64,000 bases of DNA from an uncultured archaeon (GTDB lineage: Archaea > Thermoproteota > Nitrososphaeria_A > Caldarchaeales > Calditenuaceae): positions 2,215-66,214 of the forward strand of contig CAKZUF010000003.1 in NCBI GenBank assembly GCA_937921685.1, given 5' to 3'. The notes beneath the pieces are model-generated. The model had not been told where the DNA came from, searched no databases, and saw only the letters and a program-made list of their open reading frames with translations. This document shows, in pieces, positions 8,600 to 17,507 of the stretch (the first letter of the stretch is position 1; every line of letters begins with the position of its first letter). The position numbers and the translations under genes are program-made.

Positions 8600-9412
8600 A
8601 TGCCAGAAGTTAAGATACAATACATCGGACACGCATCCTTCTACATCGAGTGGAGGGATGAGAAGATCTATCTCGACCCGTGGCTAAAGTCTCCCGGAAT
8701 CGCGGGTGGGTGGACCAGCCCTGTAAGCCCTATAGGTCTCGATGATGTAAAAGAGGCGACTGTGGTTCTTGTGACACACGGTCATATAGACCATATTGGA
8801 CACGCTATCGAGATCGTGAAGAAGACCGGCGCATGTCTGATATGCACCCCAGAGGTGGGAATGTATGCAGACATACATGGAATACCATACGACTCCGACC
8901 CAGACCCAAAAGCAGGGAGGAATTACTGGATGTATCCACTCAATGTGGGGGGAAGCTGCAATATTAGGGGAGTCACATACACGATGGTTCCCGCATTCCA
9001 CTCGAGCAGTATTATGCACTATGACTATGTAAAAAACAAGATTAGGTATCCGGACGCTGCGGCTGGATATGTCATATCATTCCCTGATGGCCCTGTAATC
9101 TATGCATCGGGAGACACTGGAGTCATGATGGAGATGCACATAATTCAGGAGCTATACAGCCCCGAAATATGCATAATGACCGCGGGAGGACAGTATAATA
9201 TGGGTGTCAGAGAGTTCGCATACGCGTGCAAGATGTTGAAACCCAAGATAGCAATACCCTGCCACTACGACACATTCCCGAGGCAGAGACTTGATAAAGA
9301 GAAACTAAGACAGGCGGTATCTGTCATGTCGCCATCTACGAATCTAGTTTTCCTCAATCCCGGAGAGAGTTTAAGATACGTCGCAGAATCGTCTTGGTTT
9401 GTGGAAAGGTGA
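8600..9412 (+). CDS. Metallo-beta-lactamase fold metal-dependent hydrolase (UlaG-like)
   Basis: 270 aa. HxHxDH motif (VTHGHIDHIGHA) and downstream His/Asp ligands. Confidence 0.6.
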   Translation: MPEVKIQYIGHASFYIEWRDEKIYLDPWLKSPGIAGGWTSPVSPIGLDDVKEATVVLVTHGHIDHIGHAIEIVKKTGACLICTPEVGMYADIHGIPYDSDPDPKAGRNYWMYPLNVGGSCNIRGVTYTMVPAFHSSSIMHYDYVKNKIRYPDAAAGYVISFPDGPVIYASGDTGVMMEMHIIQELYSPEICIMTAGGQYNMGVREFAYACKMLKPKIAIPCHYDTFPRQRLDKEKLRQAVSVMSPSTNLVFLNPGESLRYVAESSWFVER

Positions 9413-9417
9413 ACTCG

Positions 9418-9819
9418 ATGGATCTTGACCTGCTCTACGAGTTAGAAGCTAGGATTGTTAGAACTGTTGAGGTTGGTGGCGGAGCTATGGGAGGCAGGAC
9501 AGACTACTACATGCAAGGGAAGGTCTCGGGGAAGATTAATGGCTCATATGAGGGAGTAGACTACGGATCAACTGTTAAGACTGAACATGGTGACGCTGTC
9601 TATGTCCATGTGCATGAGACGATAAAAACAGATAAAGGGGTAATCTCGGCACTTAGGCGTGGATATGCCGTGCCGGCTGGCCAGGGGTACAGTGTGAAGG
9701 CGTTTGTTCTTTTCCAGACAGGGATACCTGAGCTCAGGTATCTTAACTGGACTTTGGGTTTAGCTGAGGGCGTAGCTGGTCCCGACGGCCTTAAACTCAA
9801 GATATATGCTGTCAGGTAG
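9418..9819 (+). CDS. Hypothetical protein
   Basis: ORF only. It overlaps the end of the MBL-fold gene, so co-transcription is possible. No recognisable motif. Confidence 0.35.
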   Translation: MDLDLLYELEARIVRTVEVGGGAMGGRTDYYMQGKVSGKINGSYEGVDYGSTVKTEHGDAVYVHVHETIKTDKGVISALRRGYAVPAGQGYSVKAFVLFQTGIPELRYLNWTLGLAEGVAGPDGLKLKIYAVR

Positions 9820-9829
9820 AGGAGACTCT

Positions 9830-10396
9830 CTACCCCTTAATCTCCTCAAATGTTATTTGCCTTAACCTCTTACCCTCTAAGATGACTATTGAAGAGCGGA
9901 TGGATAAGCCATGCTCCCGAGCAGCTCTCGAGGGCCCATCTTCACCTAACTTGTAGCCATAGCTGATCAAGGCGTCATAAGCCCTGCGCTTAAAGCCGCG
10001 AAGGTAGGGGCCTATGACTTTTAACAGTATCACTGCCCTCAACCCCAAGATGTAAACTACTATTCGCGAGCCCCTTCTCGACACCCATGCATCACCCGCC
10101 TGTCTGACAACAAAAGAGGCTGTATCCTCGTCGCAGCGCAACATGATGAATGGTGTGAAGATAATCGGGCTTTCAGAGACCTGTAAGTATCCTAGCCCAC
10201 CTGAGGCTTGGAGTAGCCCCGCTATGAAGCTGCTCACCACAGGGCTGAGAAGCTGTCTACTCGGCGGTCTCTTCTCGAGCTCGGAGAGAACAGCTGGAAA
10301 ATCGTCAACAATCCAGTATGCTCCCGGCTCGCAAAACACACGCCACCAAGGCGGGACAAGGCCCGACAATAGACCTCGGCCACAGATTCGACTCAA
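9830..10396 (-). CDS. Hypothetical protein, terminal gene of the sugar ABC operon
   Basis: 188-aa ORF beginning 6 nt after the stop of the ABC ATPase gene at 10402. No recognisable motif. Confidence 0.35.
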   Translation of the reverse strand: MSRICGRGLLSGLVPPWWRVFCEPGAYWIVDDFPAVLSELEKRPPSRQLLSPVVSSFIAGLLQASGGLGYLQVSESPIIFTPFIMLRCDEDTASFVVRQAGDAWVSRRGSRIVVYILGLRAVILLKVIGPYLRGFKRRAYDALISYGYKLGEDGPSRAAREHGLSIRSSIVILEGKRLRQITFEEIKG

Positions 10397-10401
10397 ACAT
10401 C

Positions 10402-11502
10402 TTAAATAATTACCTTCTCCGTCTCAGCGTCTATTAAGTGGATGTGTTCCTTATTGAAAGAAGCATATACCCGCATCCCCTCTCTGATATTTAGGGCCGC
10501 GTCGCAGAGACATTTAAAAGATGTAGATCCACTCCTTAGCTCTACAAGAAGCTCAGTGCCGAGCGACTCTATGTAATTTACGTGGCATGGGATCGAGTCG
10601 CCGACTGGAGTAGTCGAGATGCTGATGTCATGTGGCCTCACACCTAGCTGTATATTTTCTAGTTTGTCCTGCCGTGACTGTAGTGCGAGTTTAGCAGCCT
10701 CTCCCAACTCTATATGTGAGTCACCGACCAAGGCGTAGAGCTTACCCTCAATCAGCTTCAGCTTCGTATCGATGAAGTTGATAGTGGGCGAACCTATGAA
10801 ATAGGCGACAAACTTGTTTGCGGGGTGGTAGTAAATCTCGTCAGGCGTTCCTACCTGCTGGAGCCGCCCATCTCGAAGTATGCCTATTTTATCAGCTATC
10901 GCCATGGCTTCCAACTGGTCGTGAGTGACGTAGATGAAGGTGCCTCCGACCTCCCTGTGTATACGCTGGAACTCTGACCTAAGCGACTCTCTCAGTTTCG
11001 TGTCGAGGTTGCTGAGTGGTTCGTCAAATATGTATACCCGCGCATTTCTCACTATAGCTTTAGCTATGGATACGCGCTGTAGTATCCCAAAGTCAATCTC
11101 ATGATGCCTCTTATTCAGATGTTCCTCTATGCGGAGGAGCGAGGCAGCCCACTTAACTCTTTCACGCTCCTCCTGCCTGCTCTTAACCTCACTTCTGATG
11201 GCTAGTGCGATGTTGTCGTATACGTTTAGGCTTGGATATATTGAGGGGAACTGGAAAACCATTGCTATATTCCTCTCAGACGGTGATAAATCGGTGACGT
11301 CTTCGTCATCAAAGAATACCGAGCCTCTCGTAGGGGTCTCCAGACCCGCTATTATCCTCATCAAAGTGGTCTTACCTGACCCGCTAGGTCCCAGAAGACA
11401 GAAGAATAACCCGTGATCAACCGTTACCGTGACATCGTCCAGCGCCTTCAAGGTCTTGAAAATCTTTGTTATATTTTCAGCCCGTACGGTTACCATACCC
11501 AC
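10402..11502 (-). CDS. ABC transporter ATP-binding protein, MalK-like with C-terminal regulatory (TOBE-like) domain. Signature motif is degenerate.
   Basis: Walker A GPSGSGKTT, Q-loop FQ, Walker B IFDEPLSNLD and H-loop YVTHDQ are all present. The ABC signature LSGGQ is replaced by IDFGILQRV. Confidence 0.85.
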   Translation of the reverse strand: MGMVTVRAENITKIFKTLKALDDVTVTVDHGLFFCLLGPSGSGKTTLMRIIAGLETPTRGSVFFDDEDVTDLSPSERNIAMVFQFPSIYPSLNVYDNIALAIRSEVKSRQEERERVKWAASLLRIEEHLNKRHHEIDFGILQRVSIAKAIVRNARVYIFDEPLSNLDTKLRESLRSEFQRIHREVGGTFIYVTHDQLEAMAIADKIGILRDGRLQQVGTPDEIYYHPANKFVAYFIGSPTINFIDTKLKLIEGKLYALVGDSHIELGEAAKLALQSRQDKLENIQLGVRPHDISISTTPVGDSIPCHVNYIESLGTELLVELRSGSTSFKCLCDAALNIREGMRVYASFNKEHIHLIDAETEKVII

Positions 11503-11775
11503 CTACACCACCAAGATGGGGACAAGATAGATTGAAAGTATAACAAAGAATACGACAACACCTACGAGCGTCACGAGCCACCTCACCATTGTTCTAAGAC
11601 CCACATCACCTCCGGGATTACTTGGCAAGTACGTCGAATAGACGTATATGAAACCTCCAATGCCTATCAGGATAAAGCCGTAGTATAGTAGCTGGCTACT
11701 AAAGGGCTGGAATACGAGTCCAAGACCAATGAAGGACAAAGCAAGCCCGACCCTTTCTAGTAGATTCTTCTTCAT
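11503..11775 (-). CDS. Small integral membrane protein (about 3 TM) between the two ABC ATPase genes
   Basis: 90 aa, hydrophobic (GLALSFIGLGLVF...ILIGIGGFIYVY...LVTLVGVVVFFVILSIYLVPILVV). Exact end-to-end abutment with flanking genes. Confidence 0.45.
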   Translation of the reverse strand: MKKNLLERVGLALSFIGLGLVFQPFSSQLLYYGFILIGIGGFIYVYSTYLPSNPGGDVGLRTMVRWLVTLVGVVVFFVILSIYLVPILVV

Positions 11776-12864
11776 CTAATACATCGCCTCCCCACTTGAC
11801 ACGTCAAAAAGAATGACCCTATCACCAGGTATATTTATTATCACTTCGTCACCATATTTATATGACCTCATGCCCTTAGTTACAGCTTTTAATTCAACAT
11901 CGCCGAGACTCAGAGTAACTATTGTCTCATAACCCAGCCTCTCTGCAGCCACAACCTTTGCCTTGAAGGTATTACGGTTCTTAGGCCCTTCCAAGACTAT
12001 ATCTCGAGGTCTGACTGCAAGCTCCACTTCAGAGCCGTCCAAGAGTTTAGAGTAATGACCGACATCACTCAGCTGGATTCTCAGACTAGACGTTGAGAAC
12101 TCCCAACCATAAGCCATCCGCCTAACGACCCCCCGCATAATGTTTATAGTGGGGCTGCCTATGAAAGTGGCTACAAATCGGTTTTTCGGCCTTCTCAGCA
12201 AATTTATGGGGGTATCATACTGCAATATCACGCCGTCCTTTATCACCGCGACCTTCTCAGCAATTGCAAATGCCTCTAAAAAGTCAGGGGTAGCATAGAT
12301 GATCGTCTGTTTTAACTCCTTGTGCAGCCTTTTGAACTCTGTCCTCATCTCTTCCCTAAGCTTAGCGTCTAGGTTCGAGATGGGCTCGTCGAGAAGAAAG
12401 ATTCTCGGATTCCTAACTAGTGTACGTGCGAGCGCTACACGTTGCATCTCGCCCCCGCTGAGTGTAGATGGGTCTTTTCTGTCTAAGAGATGCGCTATCC
12501 TTAGCTTCTCAGCCACGTTTTTCACCGACCTGTCAATTTCTTGCCTGCTCCATTTACGCTCCCTCAACGGGTAGGCGATATTATCGTAGACACTCATGTG
12601 AGGATAGAGTGCATAGGTTTGGAAGAACATAGCTACATCTCGTCTCCAAGCTGGAGTTCCCAACACACTCTGTCCGTCGAAGAGTATATCACCTGCGTCG
12701 GGCTCTTCAACACCGGCGATGCATTTAAGGAGGGTAGTCTTTCCAGCACCTGTCGGTCCTAAGAGCGCTACGAGGGCGCCGGACTCAACCTCCAAGTTAA
12801 TTCCCCTCAGTGCCTGAACAGGCCCAAAAGACTTCTTTAAGCCACGTATCTCTACCCTTGTCAA
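11776..12864 (-). CDS. ABC transporter ATP-binding protein, MalK-like. Signature is intact but the H-loop is degenerate.
   Basis: Walker A GPTGAGKTT, Q-loop FFQ, signature LSGGEMQRVALAR and Walker B IFLLDEPISNLD are present. The H-loop position reads IIYATPDF, with His replaced by Pro. Has a C-terminal TOBE-like domain. Confidence 0.85.
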   Translation of the reverse strand: MTRVEIRGLKKSFGPVQALRGINLEVESGALVALLGPTGAGKTTLLKCIAGVEEPDAGDILFDGQSVLGTPAWRRDVAMFFQTYALYPHMSVYDNIAYPLRERKWSRQEIDRSVKNVAEKLRIAHLLDRKDPSTLSGGEMQRVALARTLVRNPRIFLLDEPISNLDAKLREEMRTEFKRLHKELKQTIIYATPDFLEAFAIAEKVAVIKDGVILQYDTPINLLRRPKNRFVATFIGSPTINIMRGVVRRMAYGWEFSTSSLRIQLSDVGHYSKLLDGSEVELAVRPRDIVLEGPKNRNTFKAKVVAAERLGYETIVTLSLGDVELKAVTKGMRSYKYGDEVIINIPGDRVILFDVSSGEAMY

Positions 12865-13770
12865 CTACTTTACACCCCTCACCGTACCGAAGGTCATCCC
12901 CCTCAGTAAGAAGCGCTGCAGAAGGAAGATAAGAACGAGAGCTGGAAGAATGTAAAGCGTCTCTATAGCTGCGATAAGGCCCCAGTTTATACCAACCTCG
13001 CCCCTCGTACCCGCTATCATAACTGGCACCGTCCGAGTCGCCCTCTCCGTTAGCAACAAGGCGAAAAGGAATTCGTTCCAGACATTGATTATTAAGAAAC
13101 CGATCGTGGCTCCTAGACCAACCAACACCTGCGGAAGGGCGATCTTGTAAAATACTTTGACCGGGTTAGAGCCATCGACCAACGCGGCCTGCTCGATGTC
13201 TCGTGGAACCTCGTCGAAGAAGCTCTTCATCATCCAGACCGCGAATGGGAGGTTGAACATTGTGTAGAGCAGAATAAGTCCGATATATGTGTTGTAGAGG
13301 CCTAGGCTCCGGTAAAAGAAGTATATGGGAATAGCAACCACGATGGCCGGCAGCATCCTAGTGGAGAGTATGAAGAACATTAGAGTACTCGTTCCTGCAG
13401 GTTTGTATCTTGAGAAGCTGTACGCGGCCAGAACCCCTATCACTGTAGCTATGGCGATGCTTGAGAACGTCACTACGAAGCTATTGTAGAAGAAGATCTC
13501 AGCGCCCGTGGCCAACTCAAGCTCCTGCCCTGTTATTGCCTCGATCTCCGTCTGCCTCTTCAGGAAAATGTCGATAAAGTTTCTAAATGTTGGCTCCCAG
13601 ACGAATAGTGGAGGTGTACTGAAGGCCTGTGCCCTTGTCTTTAGCGAAGTTGCTACGAGCCAGTAAATAGGGAAGATGAAGAAGATAACCGCAATGATAG
13701 TCGAGAGGTATATGAGAGTTGTTTTAACAATCTTACGCCTTCCACGCCTGTTATTTCTTAGATTTGCCAT
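12865..13770 (-). CDS. ABC transporter permease (CUT1 family, MalG-like)
   Basis: 301 aa, polytopic. EAA-like loop region (IEQAALVDGSNPVKVFYKIALP). Confidence 0.8.
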   Translation of the reverse strand: MANLRNNRRGRRKIVKTTLIYLSTIIAVIFFIFPIYWLVATSLKTRAQAFSTPPLFVWEPTFRNFIDIFLKRQTEIEAITGQELELATGAEIFFYNSFVVTFSSIAIATVIGVLAAYSFSRYKPAGTSTLMFFILSTRMLPAIVVAIPIYFFYRSLGLYNTYIGLILLYTMFNLPFAVWMMKSFFDEVPRDIEQAALVDGSNPVKVFYKIALPQVLVGLGATIGFLIINVWNEFLFALLLTERATRTVPVMIAGTRGEVGINWGLIAAIETLYILPALVLIFLLQRFLLRGMTFGTVRGVK

Positions 13771-13772
13771 CT

Positions 13773-14651
13773 CTATTCCCTCCTCGCCAATCTGAGATAG
13801 ATGTTCGTCAAGAGCACTATGATGACTAGGAATATAAATGCTAGCGCAGCGGCCTCACCAGTCCTGAAAAACTGAAAGGCGATCCGGTAGATCTGGATTG
13901 ACAACACCTCAGTGGCAGTTCCAGGCCCACCCTCGGTTAGCGTGAAAATTGTGTCAAAGGTCCTAAAGGCGTCCATTGTCCTAAAGAGGAGGGCAAGTGC
14001 CACTAGTGGTCTGATTGTGGGCCAGATGACGTATCGGAATTTTGCTAACATTGATAATCTATCAATCTCGGATGACTCCAACATGTGTTTCGGAATAGCT
14101 TCGAGGCCTGCCAGTATGAAGAGCATCATGAATGGAGACCATTGCCAAACATCCATGAATACGATCGCAAACATTGGATATTGTGAAAGTATCTTGACCG
14201 GTTGTCCTGTTATCAGCTGTGCAATGTAGCTGTAGATTCCAAAAGTTGCGTCAAAGAGGTACCGGTGGAAGATGCCTACTGCCACGGGTGCGACGAGAAG
14301 GGGCGTCGTTACAAGAGTTATTGCCAGCCGCCTACCACGGAACTGGTTATAGAATAGATGCGCGAGCCCAAATCCAATTAGGAATTCAATACTCACTGCG
14401 TAGAAGACAAATTGCCCTGTTAAAACAAATCTCCGCCATACGTCCAGACTATTCAAGAGCCTGTAATAATTCTCGACTCCGATAAAGATCGGTGCCCCTC
14501 CGCGAATAACGTTGTATGAGTAGAAGCTGAGACCAAGTGCCCAGATGAGTGGGAAGATTACAAGGAACGTCACGAGCGCAACTGCAGGTAGTATGAGCAG
14601 GATGGGGAAAATCCTCACTAGCCGGCTGCCAGTAGTGGCTTGTGAAGTCAT
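13773..14651 (-). CDS. ABC transporter permease (CUT1 family, MalF-like)
   Basis: 292 aa, polytopic. EAA-like motif (ESSEIDRLSMLAKFRYVIWP). Confidence 0.8.
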   Translation of the reverse strand: MTSQATTGSRLVRIFPILLILPAVALVTFLVIFPLIWALGLSFYSYNVIRGGAPIFIGVENYYRLLNSLDVWRRFVLTGQFVFYAVSIEFLIGFGLAHLFYNQFRGRRLAITLVTTPLLVAPVAVGIFHRYLFDATFGIYSYIAQLITGQPVKILSQYPMFAIVFMDVWQWSPFMMLFILAGLEAIPKHMLESSEIDRLSMLAKFRYVIWPTIRPLVALALLFRTMDAFRTFDTIFTLTEGGPGTATEVLSIQIYRIAFQFFRTGEAAALAFIFLVIIVLLTNIYLRLARRE

Positions 14652-14696
14652 ACAAAAATCACTTTATTTATCGCGTATTTGAGTTTATTCTGGGTT

Positions 14697-16361
14697 TTAG
14701 CCGATAGGCAGGCCTTGCCTTACAAGCTGTGCCACATTCTTCGCAGGCTTCCCATATTTCTCAAATGCCGCGGGGTAGTTCTCCCTCTCAATTATCTCTT
14801 TGTGCCGCCGCGCCACGTTATCTAGTGCGGCTTGGGGGCTGATACTGCCCGCTAGTGCTGCGTGTATCTCTTCCTGTACAACCGTCAGCATCTCGAAGAA
14901 GAAGGGGACGTTCCAGAAGTCGACCTGGAATGGTATAGAGTCGGCGTAGGCGCGGTTGTATGGTGTGAGGTTCCTGAACCACTCAGTCTGGATGATGTCC
15001 CTGATACATACTCCTCCGCCTCCTTCAGCCCATTTACGCTGATTCTGGGGCTGGAACCAGAATTTTATGAAGGCGAGCGCCTCCTCAGCGTAGTCGCTAT
15101 AAGCGTTTATACACATTGGTTGCCCTCCGATTCCGCTATATCTTCTGAATATTCCATCGTCTCCTTTGTGCCCAGGCGGTGGCACAACTCTTATCACGTT
15201 GTATACTTTGGATGCCGCGGGGTCGAAGAGGCTTGGCAGGAAGCCGGCCCAGTTATAAATCATCGCCACTTTTCCAGCCTGCATAACAGCATTCGCCTCA
15301 TCAAACCATATCTCGAGGGCGTTCGGCGGGGCGTAGGGGACCAGCGAGACGTAAAACTCGAGAGCTTTCCGTGCCCTCGGGCTATTGATCCATCCCTCAA
15401 CTTCTCCCGTCTCGGGGTCCCACCAATACTCACCGTGGCTATATAGTATTGAGCCGAATGGGCAGGCTATGGCGTCGTAGGCTTTAGACATGTGTAGTGC
15501 TATTCCATAGAAGTCCTCCTCTAAGCGTTTACCGGCCAGCTCGTCACCAGCCTTCCTAGTGAAATACTTGGCTATGTCCCTTATCTGGTACCAGTCAAGC
15601 TGTGCCGGATACCAGTCCTCATAGTTTAGCGGGAGGTCATATCCGTATTTCGCCTTGAAGTTCTCCCTCTCAGTTGGGTGAGAGAACAGGTCATACCTGT
15701 AGACGAAGAGTAGCACGTCACCCTCATGTGCGAAGCCGACTATGTTGTTGGTGTTCCCTTGAGGATAGGTCATATAGAAGTAGACTAGAGAGGGGTCGAA
15801 CCGGTTAAGTAGCTGCTGGAGCTCCGGGTCCCTCGCGATGATATCGTTTAGCCTTCGTATGTGTCCGCCGACGTAGAACTGGCCGAGCCATTGGCTATCA
15901 GATATCAAAAGCGTAGGCTCTTTTGACTTGGCGGCCAGCACCGTTGAGAGCCTGTCGAAAATAGCTCCCCAAGGAATCAGGTCCATCTTTACCTCTACCG
16001 CTTTACCGATTGTGGCTTTAGACCAGGCCGGGAAGTCTTTAGCTATGAGGCCCGTTAGCCTTCCTGGAAGCCACTCCGGCGAGGCAAACGTGATAGATAG
16101 CTCCGGCTTTACCTCGCCCACTGGTGCGGTGGCGGTGACAGTCTCCGTTCTCGTCACGGTCTGTGTTACTGTTTGGACCCCGGCTCCAGGCTGCGTTACA
16201 GTCTGTGTCAGAGTTCTCGTGACCTCTCTGGCCGGCTGGGCGGAGGTTCCGGCGAGGTACCCCGCAATCCCCCCTACAACACCGGTTACAACCGCTGCTG
16301 TCGCGACCTTAGCACCTGTGCTTAGCGCAGCACGTCTCGAAATTTTTCCATCTCTGGACAT
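14697..16361 (-). CDS. ABC transporter substrate-binding protein (family 1, sugar-type) with N-terminal anchor and Thr-rich linker
   Basis: 554 aa. N-terminal RRAAL-type signal/TM followed by repetitive TQTVTQ...TVTRTETVTAT linker, then a periplasmic-binding fold. First gene of the ABC operon. Confidence 0.75.
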   Translation of the reverse strand: MSRDGKISRRAALSTGAKVATAAVVTGVVGGIAGYLAGTSAQPAREVTRTLTQTVTQPGAGVQTVTQTVTRTETVTATAPVGEVKPELSITFASPEWLPGRLTGLIAKDFPAWSKATIGKAVEVKMDLIPWGAIFDRLSTVLAAKSKEPTLLISDSQWLGQFYVGGHIRRLNDIIARDPELQQLLNRFDPSLVYFYMTYPQGNTNNIVGFAHEGDVLLFVYRYDLFSHPTERENFKAKYGYDLPLNYEDWYPAQLDWYQIRDIAKYFTRKAGDELAGKRLEEDFYGIALHMSKAYDAIACPFGSILYSHGEYWWDPETGEVEGWINSPRARKALEFYVSLVPYAPPNALEIWFDEANAVMQAGKVAMIYNWAGFLPSLFDPAASKVYNVIRVVPPPGHKGDDGIFRRYSGIGGQPMCINAYSDYAEEALAFIKFWFQPQNQRKWAEGGGGVCIRDIIQTEWFRNLTPYNRAYADSIPFQVDFWNVPFFFEMLTVVQEEIHAALAGSISPQAALDNVARRHKEIIERENYPAAFEKYGKPAKNVAQLVRQGLPIG

Positions 16362-16420
16362 GCACTATCTAATAAAATGTGCATGCATTTATACTTTAAC
16401 ATACCGTTGAACAAACTATA
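16362..16420 (-). promoter_or_regulatory. Putative promoter of the sugar ABC operon (TATA-like gtataaatg about 35 nt upstream of the ATG on the minus strand)
   Basis: AT-rich box in the 237-bp divergent intergenic region. Confidence 0.25.
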
Positions 16421-16598
16421 CACTATTCGGTGTGGTACTGATTAACACTTTTTGTCAGGGGGTCGGCTCGGCTCTTCCTGCATCACGTTTCAGTCTGGAG
16501 CGGCGGGCCTCATCCCCATCCATTATCTATCTGGGTGCAGGTTTTATCTCTTACTTGGGCGAGGATTTTATTGAGTCTGATTTGTGGGGTAGGATGGC

Positions 16599-17507
16599 TT
16601 GAAGGTTGCGCTGGTGAATTTCACTTCGGGCGGAGTGAGTGGTAGTGGCAGGCACGTTGCCCTGCTTAGGAAGGGGCTGGTTGAGAATGGGGTTGGAGTC
16701 AATATTGTTGACTTTGCGAATACTTGGCACCTTGATTTCCCCATGCTCAGGGCTCCGAGTTTTACGCTAGGCGCTTTGGCCAAGACAGTTAACGTGGACA
16801 TCATTCACCTGCATAACCCGAAGCTGGCTGGCATTGCATTGAGTAGGCCCTCAAGATGTATAGTTACTGTCCATGGGGGGATGATTGAGTTTAGCCTCAA
16901 GTATGGCGCTCTTGGGAAGGCTTCGGCCCAAGTGATGCTTACACTGATGCGGGCCGCCGGAGCGGTGACGTCTGTCATGAAGTCGGAGGCTGAGAGAAAC
17001 GGCTGGGCCTGGATTCCAAACATGACGGACCTCGAGGCGATAAGAGAGATAGAGCCTGCAGACGAGTCTGTGATACTTTTTGTGGGTAGGAATGACCCTG
17101 TCAAGAATTACCCCCTCTTCAGGAGGGTGGTGAAGATGCTTGGGAGGAGATATAGGGCGTTCGGCGTCGAAGAGGTAGCCAGCTGGGAGAGGGTGATCTC
17201 CTACATGAAGTCTGCAGAGGCGCTGATGATAACCTCAATATGGGAGGGGATGCCTTCCGTCCTGCTCGAAGCCTGGGCGTCAGGCTGCCCCGTTATTGCA
17301 CCCAAGATACCGGCATTCACGCCTTTCAAAGAGGCACTGATCCTAGCCGACCACGACCCAGATTCATACGTTGAAGCCTATCAGCAGCTTGAGACGCTTC
17401 GGGACTCGGTCACCTCAAGAGGGCTAGAGCTGGTGAAGAGGTTTGACTATAGGGTAGTCACAAGGCAATATATCCGCCTTTATGAGATCGTTCTTACTCT
17501 GTCCTAA
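16599..17507 (+). CDS. Glycosyltransferase, GT-B fold (GT4-like), short form
   Basis: 302 aa. The C-terminal half has the GT4 donor-binding character (FVGRNDPVKN...SIWEGMPSVLLEAWASGCPVIA). Confidence 0.55.
   Translation: MKVALVNFTSGGVSGSGRHVALLRKGLVENGVGVNIVDFANTWHLDFPMLRAPSFTLGALAKTVNVDIIHLHNPKLAGIALSRPSRCIVTVHGGMIEFSLKYGALGKASAQVMLTLMRAAGAVTSVMKSEAERNGWAWIPNMTDLEAIREIEPADESVILFVGRNDPVKNYPLFRRVVKMLGRRYRAFGVEEVASWERVISYMKSAEALMITSIWEGMPSVLLEAWASGCPVIAPKIPAFTPFKEALILADHDPDSYVEAYQQLETLRDSVTSRGLELVKRFDYRVVTRQYIRLYEIVLTLS

Noticed and set aside
14862-16410. 194-aa and 160-aa plus-strand ORFs inside the sugar-binding-protein gene
   Set aside because: Both are fully antisense to the 554-aa binding-protein gene, which has a clear signal plus linker plus fold. 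No motifs were found. High GC gives long open antisense frames.
16440-16598. 237-bp intergenic region upstream of the sugar ABC operon as a possible ncRNA or riboswitch
   Set aside because: No recognisable conserved structure or terminator-like element could be established by eye. It is most simply a divergent promoter region. It would need a covariance-model search (Rfam) to revisit.
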